DNA from: Eledone cirrhosa
Taxonomy: Eukaryota
DNA length: 64,000 nt
Assembly (NCBI GenBank): GCA_964016885.1
Contig: OZ024747.1
Coordinates: forward strand, 46,686,001-46,750,000
Reading direction: 5' to 3'
A program made the position numbers and the translations under genes. The notes under the pieces are model-generated. The model was not told the origin of the DNA, made no database searches, and saw only the letters and a program-made list of their open reading frames with translations. Shown piece by piece: positions 13,109 to 27,424 of the stretch; the first letter of the stretch is position 1, and each line of letters opens with the position of its first letter.

Positions 13109-13203
13109 TTCTCCAGTTGCAGCATAAAGATCAACCGCATCCTCCCACTGGTCACGAAAGACTTGAAGATATATATAAATTATCACCATTCTTTTCTTTC
13201 TGA
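13109..13203 (-). CDS. Putative internal exon of unidentified gene (RKKRMVIIYIYLQVFRDQWEDAVDLYAATGE)
   Basis: Pyrimidine tract plus TAG acceptor and GAA|GTAACT donor; the phase 1 start matches the phase 1 end of exon 20437-20560. Confidence 0.35.
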
Positions 13204-14035
13204 CTAAACCGTAAAAACAACTAAAGAAAAATCAGGAAGCCTGTGTTCGGTTAATTGATCTGCTGGAAATAACAGTTAAATATCTCTCTACTCATACCCA
13301 ACCGTGTTAAATAAAGAAGGATATACTGAATAATAGCATTCCTAGATAAACAGAAACACATTATAGCCTTGAATAGAATGTCATTGATCATAAATCTGCT
13401 CCTTATCACCTTGTGCATCTAACCAACAACCAGGATATCTAAAATTTCCGTAAAAACCAACTGAACTCTATCTCCCCTTTCCTAATTTCTCCTCCTTGTA
13501 TATCGTATGAAAAGGGATGAGAAGAGAAAAAACGAGAATAAGAAGGGAAAAGAAGTGAAGCAATGTAGAAAACAAAAATATTTTAAACAGTTTTAAATAT
13601 AGAAATATTGTGGACAATGCAGCGACAAATGTTAATTAAACCCACGAAAAAAAAACTAGAAGGTTAACTAACGCACAATAGAAAATATAATAAAAACCTC
13701 CTTTAGGAGTGCTTGAAATAGAGAGATGGTATTGGAGGTTATTGGTAGGGAGAGGGGCGAACCGTAATACTTATTACAGGGTTGATTCTCTCATTGTCCG
13801 AGAAGTAACCAAAAACGAGATTGATGAGGCAAATTGATTGAGAAAAACACAAAAAAAATAACAAACAAAAAGTAAATCTAATTAGTGAGAAAAGGAGGAA
13901 AAACTGACGACCAATGAAAAACACATTCTAAGCATTTTACAGTAGGAGGGCATTATTTCCGAAAAGCTCACTATTGTATTTCTACTTATCATTACAATTA
14001 CTTTGCTAGATATAAATAACACTTTTTAATGAAGA

Positions 14036-15075
14036 ATGATGGATAGTGGTGATGGTGGTGATGGTGGTAATGGTGGTGATGGTGGTGGTGGTGGTGATGG
14101 TGGTGGTGGTAATGGTGGTAATGCTGGTGGTGGTGGTGGTGGTAATGGTGGTGGTGATGGTGGTGGTGGTGGTGGTAATTGTGGTGATGGTGGTGGTGGT
14201 GGTGATGATGATGGTGGTAATGGTGGTGATGGTGGTAATTGTGATAATGGTGGTGATGGTGGTGATGGTGGTGCTAATGGTGGTGATGGGGGTGGTGGTG
14301 GTGATGGTGGTGATGGTGATGATGGTTGTGTTGATGGTGGTGATGGTGGTGATGGTGGTGCTAATGGTGGTGATGGTGGTGATGGTGGTTATGGTGGTGA
14401 TGGCGGTGATGGTGGTGGTGGTGGTAATGGTGGTGATGATGGTGGTGGTGGTGGTGATGGTAGTAATGGTGGTGGTGGTGGTGGTGGTGGTGGTGGTGGT
14501 GGTGATGGTGGTAATGGTGGTGGTGGTGGCAATGGTGGTGATGGTGGTGGTGGTGATGGTAGTAATGGTGGTGGTGGTGGTAATGGTGGTGATGGTGGTG
14601 GTGGTGGTGACGGTGGTAATGGTGGTGGTGGTGGTGATGGTGGTGGTGGTGGTGGTGGTAATGGTGGTTGTGGTGGTGGTGATGGTGGTAATGGTGGTGG
14701 TGGTGGTAATGGTGGTGATGGTGGTGGTGGTGGTGATGGTGGTAATGGTGGTAGTGGTGGTGATGGAGGAATGGTGGTGGTGGTGGTAATGGTGGTGGTA
14801 ATTGTGGTGGTGGTGGTGGTGATGGTGGTGATGGTGGTGATGGTGGTGGTGGTGGCGGTGATGGTGGTGGTGGTGGTAATGGTGGTGATGGTGGTGGTGG
14901 TGGTAATGGTGGTGGTGGTGGTGGTAATGGTGGTGATGGTGGTGATGGTGGTGGTGGTGGTGGTAATGGTGGTGGTGGTGGTGGTGATGGTGGTGGTGGT
15001 GGTGGTGGTAATGGTGGTGGTGGTGGTGGTGATGGTGGTGGTAATGGTGGTGGTGGTGGTGGTGTTGGTGGTGGC
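14036..15075. repeat. Complex (GGT)n/(GAT)/(AAT) trinucleotide satellite
   Basis: Directly visible; similar tracts at 37620-38000 and 45700-46210. Confidence 0.95.
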
Positions 15076-15349
15076 AATAATGGTCGTTGTTGTAGTGGCT
15101 GATGTGAGTCAATGTGTGAATAGTCTGTCTGTGTTTAAGAGCTTGTTCTTTCTTACATGTGTGTATGTAAGTGTGCGCCCATGTGTGTTTGTGTTTTTGT
15201 GTGTGTAATTGTTTTTGCGTATGAGCCAGCGTGTGCGCATGCGTCTATATCTAGGTATCCCCCCCACACCTACCGCCTCTCTCTCTCTCTCTGCATATAT
15301 ATATATAGTGTCGTCACACGTGTGTGGTGTATTTTTATGTGAGCATGCG

Positions 15350-16160
15350 TATGTTTATATGTATGTTCATATATATGTTCATATATATGTTTATATGTAT
15401 GTTTATATATATGTTCATATATATGTTTATATATATGTTTATATATGTTCATATATATGTTTATGTATATGTTCATATATATGTTTATATATATGTTTAT
15501 ATATGTTCATATATATGTTTATGTATATGTTCATATATATGTTTATATATATGTTTATATATGCTCATATATATGTTTATGTATATGTTCATATATATGT
15601 TTATATATATGTTTATATATGTTCATATATATGTTTATGTATATGTTCATATATATGAACATATATATGAACATACATATGAACATATATATGTTTATAT
15701 ATATGAACATATATATATAAACATATATATGAACATATATATAAACATATATATGAACATATATATGTTCATATATATGTTTATATATATGTTCATATAT
15801 ATAAACATATATATGTTCATATATATGTTTATATATATGTTCATATATATATAAACATATATATAAACAAATATATGAACATATATATGTTCATATATAT
15901 GTTTATATATATGTTCATATATATAAACATATATATAAACATATATATGAACATACATATGAACATATATATAAACATATATATAAACATATATATAAAC
16001 ATATATATGAACATATATTTATATATATGAACATATATTTGAACATATATAAAAACATATATATATTTATATATATGAACATATATATAAGCATATATAT
16101 ATTTATATATATGAATATATATATAAACATATATATATTTATATATATGAACATATATAT
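15350..16160. repeat. AT-rich ~12-bp minisatellite (ATATATATGTTY)n that switches orientation near 15655
   Basis: Left part uses TGTTCA/TGTTTA units; right part is mostly TGAACA/TAAACA units. Confidence 0.85.
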
Positions 16161-16384
16161 GCATTTAACTACGACACAGACAATAAAATAGAGAGAATAA
16201 GATAATATAAATAAACAGGGGGGTGCGTGGACATTTCTGTTGAAAACAGATTACAGAATAATCATAAAAATGTTGCTGCTGCTGATAGTGATAATAATAC
16301 TGATGATGATGATGATGATGGTGATGATAAGAAGGAGGAGAGGGAGGCGGAGGATTATACTGAGAGAATTATTGTTATTATCAT

Positions 16385-17070
16385 GTGGATTGGCCGAGTC
16401 GATAGAGCGTCGGACACCATGCTTAGCAGCATATAGTTACGGCCCTTTACGTTCTGAGTTCAAATACCGCCAAGGTTAGCTTTGCCTATCATCCTTATGG
16501 GGTCGATAAAATAAAGTACCAGTAATGCACTGGGGTCAATTTAATCGACTTTCCCGTCCCCCCAAATTGCTGGACTTGTGCCTATCGAATCGCTATAGCG
16601 TCGGACAACATGCTTAGCAGCATAGAGTTACGGCGCTTTACGTTCTGAGTTCAAATATCACCGAAATTAGCTTTGCCTATCATCCTTATGGGGTCGATAA
16701 ATTAAAGCACCAGTAATGAACTGTGTGTGTGTATGTGTGTGACAGCTCAAACCTATGCAGGTTTAGCTGGCCACCTCCAAGGTATATCTCGTTGGAGGTG
16801 TCTTGGGTAATTTAATGATAGGGACCCCAGTCGTATCATCTCATTTCTACAGCTGAGTAAACTGGAGCCAAGTGAAATAAATTGTCTTGCTCAAGGAAAC
16901 AACACATCACCCGGTCTGAGAATTGAACTCACAACCTTTCAATTGCAAGCCCAATGCTCTAACTACTAAGCCACGCGCCTTCACAGTAATGCACTGAGGT
17001 TGATTTAACCGACTTTTAACTCTCCTTCAAATTGCTGGCCTTGTGCGTATAGTAGAAATTATTATTATTA
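16385..17070 (+). mobile_element. Two tandem copies of tRNA-derived SINE family A; the second is interrupted by a nested SINE
   Basis: A-box-like TGGCCGAGTCG, B-box GAGTTCAAATACC, body GCCT(T/A)TCATCCTTAYGGGGTCGATAAAATAAAGTACCAG, (ATT)n tail. Confidence 0.85.
16724..16983 (-). mobile_element. tRNA-derived SINE family B (conserved central CCTTGRGCAAGACA domain) nested in SINE A
   Basis: Minus-strand head GGCGCGTGGCTTAGTAGTTAGAGC..GAGTTCAATTCTC; flanked by duplicated CAGTAATGMACTG. Confidence 0.75.
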
Positions 17071-17159
17071 TTGTTTGTCGCCATGAACATCAGATGTGAT
17101 GTTTTTGACTCCCGTAAGTCTCACTTTTTTCACTCGTTTGAATTACTATTTTGTTTGAA

Positions 17160-17985
17160 ATGTGTCCAGTGTCCTTGCATTACTGACTTGTGGAGTTATG
17201 TCGAATAGCTGTTGTCGCCTGTAGGTCGGATCCGGTTATCAGCTGTACCCATCCTGAAGATCGCTTCGCCGCCTTCATTTGGCCAGGAGGTGCTGGCAGT
17301 TTTCCTGTCTGGTGGCGGTAGTGAAAGTGGTTGTGTAGTGGACTAGGTTGAAAGCACTGAAGACAGACATTTTTCTCTTCGGCCAATCCGTCATCAACTT
17401 CTTAAAGTTTCACTTGGAAAGGAAGGTGAGGGTGGAGAGAGAAGCGTTGGCCCCACCAATCAGTATATTTGCTAAAAGGTGGGTCAATGTGGTGAGCATG
17501 CGCCTATAGGCTGGTTATTTTGAGCAGGAGAGAAGTGCCCTCGGAGCGTCGAATGATTCAGGATAGGTGGGATACTTGAGTCCCCTCTGGCTGATTCGCA
17601 CCCCCATTGGGGCATTTATTTTGTTATATTTTTATTATTAATTGTTTTTGTTAGGGCGGTGGATTGGCAGAATCGGTAGAGCATCGGACACCGTACATCG
17701 CGGCATTGTTACGTCAATTTACGTTCTGAGATCAAATCCCAACGAGGTTAACTTTCGCTTTCATCCTTAAGGGGTTGATAAAATAAAGTACCAGTCACGC
17801 GTCGGTTCGATTTAATCGACTATTCGCTCCTCCAAAATTGCTGTCCTTGAGCCTAAATAAGAAACCATTATTGATTGCTTTTGTTATTGTGTATTTCTGC
17901 TCCATTTTATTGTAACCCCCAGTCCTGTCTTTATGCCGTCCCCTATATGTCGGCCCTTGTGGCCAATGCATGAAACAATTATTAT
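17160..17985 (+). mobile_element. Degenerate Tx1 3' fragment related to the element at 64-5585, with a SINE A insertion (17653-17872) in its 3' UTR
   Basis: VQCPCITDLWSYVE*LLSPVGRI and WTRLKALKTDIFLFGQSVINFLKFHLERKVRVERE align to the ORF2 C-terminus; the 3' UTR end resembles 5520-5585. Confidence 0.85.
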
Positions 17986-18809
17986 TTTTATGAGAGTAAT
18001 GATCTATACAACTAATTCAGTAATCTTACACGTGCTTGTAAATATTTATATAGGTATGTACATACATATGTGTGTATATGTATACATATATGTATACATA
18101 TATACATACATAAATGTGTATGAGTATGCGAACGTGTATTTGTATATATCTGTGTGTATGCGTTCGTTTCTGAGTGTTTATATCTTGAAGCTGGTGTGTG
18201 TTCTGATGATAGTTCATAGTTTTATTAGTGCGTGGTTAAATTTGATGTCATTTATAGCAAGAGCTAAGAGATAAAATACATTGACTTCAATAAGAATATA
18301 TAATAAGTTGAATTCTAAAGTGGATAATAAGGTAACAGAACTGGGACAAAACCATCAGCTCTTGACGAACAAATTAATTTATAGAATAGATAGAAAGCAT
18401 TACGTAAATAGGACGAGAGAATTTCAAATTGTTATAAGAGAGGAACAAAATAGAGATAGAAATCGACAGAGATAGACAGAGATAGACAGAATTACACTAA
18501 AGAAGAAAAAAGATAAATATGTGTAAATAAGACAGAAAACAAAGCTTTGGAAATAATTTAGATAGGAAATTGCTGGGATAAATGTTGAAAAGAGTTTCAA
18601 GAAGATAAGATTCAAAGTGCGAAACTATCGTGACGTTAATGAGACAGTTATAGATTTTAGAGCAGAGCTTCTTACTACTCCACATACTTAAATAGTTTTA
18701 TTAAACATTCCGTTAAATAAACCAAGTGTACAGCTTTTTGGAAAATGTTTTCTGGGTGTGATTCTTCTCTCAAATTTTCTTTGTTGATTTATAAGTTCAA
18801 TTTACACAA

Positions 18810-18845
<36 letters not shown>

Positions 18846-18858
18846 ACGCACACGCACG

Positions 18859-18889
<31 letters not shown>

Positions 18890-18927
18890 ACATATATATA
18901 TCTATAAACATATATACGTCTATCTAA

Positions 18928-18967
<40 letters not shown>

Positions 18968-19075
18968 TATGGTTTAGTGGTGTCTGGTGTCTTAATGATA
19001 CTGACTTAATTAAATTATCGAGTGAGTGGGAAAACGACCAAAGGTGTATCGATCCTATTTGACAGCTTCGTTTCA

Positions 19076-19360
<285 letters not shown>

Positions 19361-19452
19361 GAGAAAAATAACACGTTCATTCATGTTGCCATCCCTTGGA
19401 AAACTGTTGATGTTGCCGCTTTGTGTATGATGTATTTTTTTTAGAAAAGTGC

Positions 19453-19505
<53 letters not shown>

Positions 19506-19536
19506 TGTATGTATGTATGTATGTATGTATGTATGT

Positions 19537-19729
<193 letters not shown>

Positions 19730-19920
19730 TATATCTCTCTCCAAACGATCGTTTCATTATAAGTTTTCTACAAATTAGAAAATAATGTCCAGGTTACGTA
19801 GAAGCCTACACATAGTCCATAGGAATATATGTAGGTGGGCACTTATAAATCATCAGTGGATGCCCGACAATATCGATATAAAAAAAAACCTTACCGATAT
19901 TAATATTCAGCGATGGTACC

Positions 19921-19965
<45 letters not shown>

Positions 19966-20436
19966 CGTGTGCGGTGCCGAAACCGGTGGGACCACAAATC
20001 GGGGTAGTACTCAACGCCTGGGAAGGATCAGATCATATAAATTTACAGCAGCATTACTGGAGCGGCATTCAGAATAGAAGCGTACTTGGAAGCATATATA
20101 TGTTTAGTATAGTGGTTTCTGATTTAGGCACAAGTCCACGATTTGTGGGCAGGGAACCTCGATTATATCTGTCCCAGTTGGTACATTATTTAATCAACCA
20201 CTTAAGAATGAAATGCGAAGCTAACATTGGGTGGATTTGAACTCTGAACGCAAAGGGCTGTAACTATATGCCGCAAATCATTTTGTCTGACGCTCTACCA
20301 AAACTCTGAATCCACCGCGCCTATATCGGCCTTGTTTTATGTATCTTTACCTGAGAGCTGCCTCCACTAACAGAGTGAGAATGACAAATACATATATTTC
20401 AGAATCTTTAATCCATCACCGGTGATGCTTATTCAC

Positions 20437-20560
20437 CTGTTGCTGTGCTATAGAATATAATGTGCTTGCTATATATCGATTTTGCAGATAATTTTTGGCG
20501 ATGTTTATATGTATACAGTTCAAGTTTGATTGACCCCGTATTAACTAGCAGCAGTTCTAG
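20437..20560 (-). CDS. Putative internal exon of unidentified gene (LELLLVNTGSIKLELYTYKHRQKLSAKSIYSKHIIFYSTAT)
   Basis: CAG acceptor and CAG|GTGAAT donor; only one open frame; phase 0 to phase 1. Confidence 0.4.
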
Positions 20561-20997
20561 CTGAGAGTTATTCAGAAATGAGGTGTATATGGAAGCATAT
20601 ACAATACAATTATGTACAATAAACACACATAACTCGTGCTATGATTATTTTAAGTCACACAGAGCGATCACCCTATAACACCAAACATTTTGTATTTACT
20701 CCGAACTTTATTCGGTATATAAATAAACAATCTCCTGTTATGCTCTAGAAATAACATCTCAATATTCAACGAATCACACTCTACCGTCTTAAAATAATGA
20801 AAATCACGTTAGATAGGTTGATCTTACACATCCTTAAAATGTGGTGACGGTCCTGCGTGGAATGTTTACTGTATAATCCTGCTCGATCAGAGATGAATTT
20901 GTTACAATACAAGAACGACATGAGATAGTACTTTTGAAGTTAATTATAATCACATGTACTATCAGTATTATTACTGTTCAACATTGTAATTATATGT

Positions 20998-21090
<93 letters not shown>

Positions 21091-22147
21091 TGGCACGGCC
21101 TGTTGAATTATTCATGAAGACAATAATTATAAATACACACTGAACCCAGTAATCAACATAGTACTGAATAAAATATATATTTGGCTATCAAGAATTTTAT
21201 AACAGAACTAATTGAAATTAAAGCACACAATATTGTTAATTTTCTGACCGTCATGTCTGAAAGCAGTAAATTTACTTATACTAACGTTTCATTAAATAAC
21301 TGCAGTATCTGATGATACGTTTGTATGACATATTTTAAAATGCTAATACATTATTTATCCCCTTACGTTAATACGTTAGCAGGTTGTATTTTCTAATGAT
21401 ATATAGCTACCCTATTATATATCATGACGTATACGTTGATACGTATCACATTAAAAAAAGTATTTGTTTACGTTATACAGTTTATATTATACGTTATACA
21501 GCATCCATTAATATCTAAAATCTTATGTTAATACGTTAATAGGTTAGCATGTTATACTGTCATACCCAATGAATTGTGGGCTCATATTGATATCGCATAA
21601 TTATATGGTCATGTTGATAATTGCATACTTGATGGGTTAATACGTATGGTAATACATAATGTACATTATTATCCACACACATATATATATATATATATAT
21701 TTTCATTTGCCAAAATCTGGGGTTTTTTTCCCTTGTGACTTACGCATGTGCTTTTACAAAGTTCTGAGTCACTCACAAAGTTGGTTACAGAGCAAAATAC
21801 TTGTTGATAACGTGATATTCCTTGTTCGATCATTATGCTAAAAGCTTATAGTTTTAAGCAGACACTATTATTGATTTAGGTGTCATAGAAACCCTGCATT
21901 TGGATTTTACCATCAATTCCATTTGGGTCCAGGTCTATTTTTATCATTTATTTTGTTTGACATGTTTAACTTGATTTGTTTTTTGGCTTAAGTGGTTAAT
22001 GCCTTCTTGACCACTTTTTCAGTTTGTATGGCGTTTTAATATATTGTTTAGCTCTAGTTTTCTTAACTATTGGAGCGCTTGCCAGCATTTCTACGATTTT
22101 GCGTTTCGTTTCGCTTTTTCTACCAGCCGAATACGATTCTCGCTGAA

Positions 22148-22192
<45 letters not shown>

Positions 22193-22226
22193 TATAAGAA
22201 TCAAAGAACTGTTCAAAACATTTTTA

Positions 22227-22273
22227 TGCTTACAACTGTTTCCTCCAAACCAAGGTTTGAATTCTTCGGAGCA
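22227..22273 (-). ncRNA. Type I hammerhead motif, U4C core (CCGAAGA)
   Basis: UGCU-CCGAAGA-UUCAAACC/GGUUUGGA stem II-GAAA-CAGUUG-UA-AGCA. Confidence 0.65.
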
Positions 22274-22717
22274 ATTTATTATTGAATGAACACGTATATG
22301 ACCTCCTTTTCAACCCAAGAGACATATACAGATACATATGCAAATATTGTGGGTAAACATCCATTACAGCATTTAGTATGGCAGTACACATTTAGAGATT
22401 ACATTCATATTAAAAGATAAAATAAAAAATACAGGTTAAAATACAACATGAAATTAATGAAATTAATGCGATAGAATTTATATAACTGCTCTGTAAATCA
22501 TCTGATGTTATTACATTGAGCTATTTAACTTACTGGTAATAAGGTAGTAATATATTACTGCCTATCACTATTTAGGGTTTGTAAAAATATATATAACTAC
22601 AAAAGGTTTTTGTATTTGCATAGCCATAAATAGTATACTTAATACTATATATATATATATTATGTATATATATTTATATATATATATATATTTATATGTA
22701 TATGTATATATACATAT

Positions 22718-22893
22718 CGTGAGGTTGAGAGTTCGATTCTCGGACCAGGCGATGTGTTATGTCCTTGGGCAAGACACTTTTTTTCACGTTGCTCCTTCTA
22801 CCTGGAGTTGCGACCGATAGAGAGTATTAGCAATTGGAAAGACCAACGGAAACATTGTTTCCTCGGTCCGATTTGACAAAAGTTGATCGACTG
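22718..22893 (+). mobile_element. SINE family B copy (others at 30561-30754, 61283-61427; related minus-strand copy 63803-63963)
   Basis: B-box GAGTTCGATTCTC, central TGTCCTTGGGCAAGACACTTT, shared 3' CACGTTGCTCCTTCTACCTGGAGTTGCGACCGATAG. Confidence 0.8.
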
Positions 22894-22909
22894 CATGTAT
22901 GTGTATATA

Positions 22910-22976
<67 letters not shown>

Positions 22977-23033
22977 TCACAATAACTCTCTCGATATACA
23001 TATACACGCATGCGTATACATATATAGTCACAT

Positions 23034-23120
<87 letters not shown>

Positions 23121-25124
23121 TATACACATGCCTGCAGACACACTCCGCAGCAGCATGATAAACGATAGTAATAGTCTTTGCTCTGATACCAGTTTTGACG
23201 TAAGCATTCATTTTCAACAAAATATGTCTATGTATTTGAATGTAGCAATTAATCTTTTGACGTGTCAGGATATCTTTGTTGGTGTACCTTATACGTATTG
23301 TTTCATGTCTTACTGTATATCCCGAGCCATTGCTGAGGAATTAGTTGTAGATTCGAAGCAATTCCAGTTATGTTTATGATGCTTGACATATGTTTTAAAA
23401 CAATTGTAACCATAATAACAATATGCAGTGTCTCCAGATGTTATGAGAATGATTTAGTTGCTATGTCTTTCAGAACTCCAGGTTAACTAAACAATCGGTT
23501 TATCAAGATATATTACTTTTGTATCATTAATAGCAACAAATAAATAAGACTTTATTACTGGCAACCATAAGTTTAACAGCCACAAGAACACAAGGATAGA
23601 TAGCTTTCCTAAATGCTACAGTATGAATACAGGTCTGTGTTGTACAGTATTTATTAGGTATACCAAGGTACCCTTTGTGAGATGTCCCTCTGTATTTACA
23701 GTATGGCGGATATACAGAGTCGTATATTGAAATAGCTTTACCCAAGTGAGTGTCGAAACTTCCAAAAGGGGATAGACTTTCAATCCTTAAACATTAAACA
23801 ATACCAATCAATGTTATTGACCATTGCGATTCTGAATTTTACGGCTAATATTTTGCAAACAAATACGGAAATTCAATTCAATCATTTAACAATAAGTAAA
23901 TGGAGAAAAATCTTCTAATCATGGTTTACGACTTAGAAGACGACGGATTTCAGCCCTCTGTTAAGGTATAGTCTAAATATATCAATTAGATAAAGCCTGA
24001 AGTTAACTGACGTCAGTAGAAAATATAAATGCGTGTTTACGAGACCAAGGATGCCTTGTGGAAATATTTCTCTTTAAAAACATTACATTTACACTATATC
24101 AAATTTGATCTTTGACCAATAATATTTATCATATTTCAATATTTAAATATTATTACATCATTTTCGCGAATAAAGAGGGAATTTTATTATAGATGCATAA
24201 GAGAGAAAGTTATCAGTAACCAGGTCTCTAAGCACTAACTTATATTTAAGGGAGAAAGAGTCAGAGAATATCGTATAATCTAGTCAATAAATAGAAAGCA
24301 AGGGAAATGAAACAATCGTGTTGTTATATGACTCGACTGCATCTTACTTCTTCTTTCACAATTACCAGATATCTTGAGGGGTTACAGTCAATAGAAATGA
24401 CTTCAGTACCTGACATATATTGGATTAATCAAGCAGCAGAATCATTGTTGCCTCGGTGAAATAAACTCGAGCGTTTAACGAGGTTATTCTTCGTGGAACC
24501 AGCGAAATTTGACGGTAGAATGCAGAAGGAATGAACTAGATACAGTAAAGCATTAATTCTGTTCTCTAGCATTTCTGCCATTCTATCACCATTAAAAATA
24601 TTGGAAGATTATTTAACTGGCAAATATGACTGAAATACGTACTAGAGCATTTTGTCAAACAAGATCGTTTCCTCAGACTCAAGAGTTCAAACCAGTAAAT
24701 AATATACACTGTGAATCGGCAACTGTTGGTAAAATAATAGATATTTTCGCAGCAGCGTTCAAAGTATATGAGGGCAGTGTAATTCAATTTTTTATATAGA
24801 AAACTCAAGCTTTGATAGATATAACAACATATGTGTATACTTGTTATTATGATTCATCTGTTGTCTGGAGTTTGAGTAGATTGTTTCACCTTCAGAATCA
24901 GACTGGTTTATCAATGTGAGCTTCACTCCAAATGACTTCTTGTAATGCTTACAAGGGAAATTTAGACTGAACAAAGAAAGCTAAAGCATATACTGCCCTA
25001 GCAATGCTTACAATAATGCCAAATTATCTACCAAGCTAGAAATACGTAATTCGGTGAATTGGAACGTTCGGGGATAAATCATATTTGATACAGAAGTAAA
25101 AAGCAAAAATTTAATTGTTTTTAC

Positions 25125-25385
25125 CGCAACACATTTTTCTAATATTTCTTCATTTTCGAAAATTTCACGCGTTATCATTTTAATTCCAAGAGTTGCAAAT
25201 CGCATTTCAACTTCGATTTTGCTCAATCTCTTGATTCTTTTTTGAATTGGTAAAGCTAGTGATATGATTCGGCTACCAGGACCAGTTTCCGGGGGTGGTT
25301 TCTGCCCTTTTTTTAATTTCTCCACAAACATATCAGAGCTACGAGGCTCCACTTGCGAGGTCGCCGACATTTTTCTTTTGAAAAT
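25125..25385 (-). CDS. Putative exon of unidentified gene (IFKRKMSATSQVEPRSSDMFVEKLKKGQKPPPETGPG...EEILEKCVA)
   Basis: Pyrimidine tract with tandem AG acceptors and GCG|GTAAAA donor; 87 open codons with protein-like composition. Confidence 0.45.
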
Positions 25386-25534
25386 CTAATCTGGAAAATA
25401 AAATAAAAATGATTAAAAGATTTCTCTGAAAATATTTATCTCACACAGGCATAGAAACACACACAGTGACACACACACACCAAGGCAGGGATACATAGAC
25501 GCACACAAACAGTCACATAAACACACACACGAAG

Positions 25535-25654
<120 letters not shown>

Positions 25655-25689
25655 TGTTTGTTTTTTTCTCTTTTTTCTCTAAAGACATT

Positions 25690-25860
25690 TTTTCCAATTC
25701 CGCTCTGCCCGTCCCTTCTTTCTAATTTCTCATTCTTTCTTCTTATGAAGGACTAGCGTCCGAAACGTTAAGAGCCTCTTCCTACTATTGCAGGCATTAC
25801 CCTAATATATTCATTCCATATACTGTACCGGTTATCTTGTTATTTTTGTTTACCTTTTAC
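25690..25860 (+). mobile_element. HHR-bearing short element, HHR at 25739-25772 with G5U core mutation
   Basis: CUU-CUUAUGA-A-GGAC(UAGC)GUCC-GAAA-CG-UU-AAG; homolog of 36610-36790. Confidence 0.7.
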
Positions 25861-25914
25861 GTATATATTTTATACACACACACACACACGCACACACACG
25901 CACACACACACAAG

Positions 25915-25984
<70 letters not shown>

Positions 25985-26537
25985 ATATTCCACGGGTTCT
26001 ACACCACTGGTCACACACTCCAGACATCCACCTTCTTATACTCGGATTTTTCACCATCTCTCCATACACTCACCGGGAAAACATTCAGGAACACACACAC
26101 ACACAAACACTTACACTATTTTCGCATACATGCAACCATACGTTCCCACGTATCCACACCACACAAAAACACACATAGACACACATACACACACGTACAC
26201 CTACAAACAAACACACACACCGCCTTCCACCCTCTCCGCTCGGACCCCTGTCTCCTTCCTCCTCTACCACCGATCCACCCGCCACCACCCCTACACGCCT
26301 CACACCCTTTCACCACTTGTTTGATTTTAATTTTTTTAGCCTGTTTTTAATTTGTTTTCCTTCCCCTTTTAATTACTTTCCACCACTCCCTCTCACACCC
26401 TCGGAACTCTTTTCCTTCCTACTTTTCTTCAGATTAAGGGCTTATGCCCCCCCCCCCCTACACTCAAGCGTGAACCTAATACTAACATTTTTTACTGCAC
26501 TCTTTGTTATTGTTTTTGTGTTTCTGTTTTAACTTAT

Positions 26538-26568
<31 letters not shown>

Positions 26569-26879
26569 AGTTGAAAAAAAAAAAATGAAAACGAAATTTC
26601 ATTTCTCACTCTTAGTATGGCACTTACTTAAAAGTAAGTATGTATGTATACGTACATACATATATGTATACAGACGTACAGTAGCATGCACATGTATATA
26701 TATATATATATACACATATGCATACAGGTACACATACATATATGCACGCATCAGTTTAGCCGACGTTTATTATAACGTCGCTTTGTTTCGTTTGTTTGTC
26801 AACAAACCGAACAGCCTGAATTTATGCCATACGGTGTTAAGGCAACCACGTCACTTTTTTGTTCAACACTGACACAGGA

Positions 26880-26922
26880 ACGATGTACTAGTTTCAAGCT
26901 TGTTAGTTATCATCAGCACCGT
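26880..26922 (-). ncRNA. Type I hammerhead ribozyme, canonical core (one stem II mismatch)
   Basis: ACGGUG-CUGAUGA-UAACU(AACA)AGCUU-GAAA-CUAG-UA-CAUCGU. Confidence 0.75.
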
Positions 26923-27194
26923 TTACCCATCTGCCAGATAGTTGAACGTTCGAAAGTATATACTTTCCTTATGAAAATTAATGGCTGAGCAGCCTAATTT
27001 GCATATTGAGTGAGTTAAATCGGTCAGGCATACCGAACACGATAAGTTGAAAAAAAAAAAATCAAAACGAAATGTCATTTCTCACTCTTAGTATGGCACT
27101 TACTTAAAAGTAAGTATGTATATATACGTACATACATATATGTATACAGACGTACAGTAGCATGCACATGTATATATATATATATATATATATT

Positions 27195-27265
<71 letters not shown>

Positions 27266-27424
27266 GCATACAGGTACACATACATATATGCACGCATTAG
27301 TTTAGCCGACGTTTATTATAACGTCGCTTTGTTCGTTTGTTTGTCAACAAACCGAACAGCCTGAATTTTTGCCATACGGTGTTATGGCAACCACGTCACC
27401 TTTTTGTTCAACACTGACACAGGA

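Noticed and set aside
14006-15208. Long Gly-rich, His/Thr-rich and Val/Met-rich ORFs
   Set aside because: They are translations of a (GGT)n satellite that is open in most frames; there is no splice or domain evidence. The same applies at 37606-38329 and 45707-46183.
16385-16475. tRNA genes
   Set aside because: The A/B boxes belong to SINE heads; no complete cloverleaf is evident.
17180-17386. Minus-strand ORF with a CxxC resembling a gag knuckle
   Set aside because: It is the antisense of a Tx1 ORF2 relic on the plus strand.
23527-25011. Additional exons at ~23570-23786 and ~24841-24967
   Set aside because: They are phase-compatible with each other, but linking them to the upstream exon needs an implausible 45-nt intron, and no motif is recognisable.
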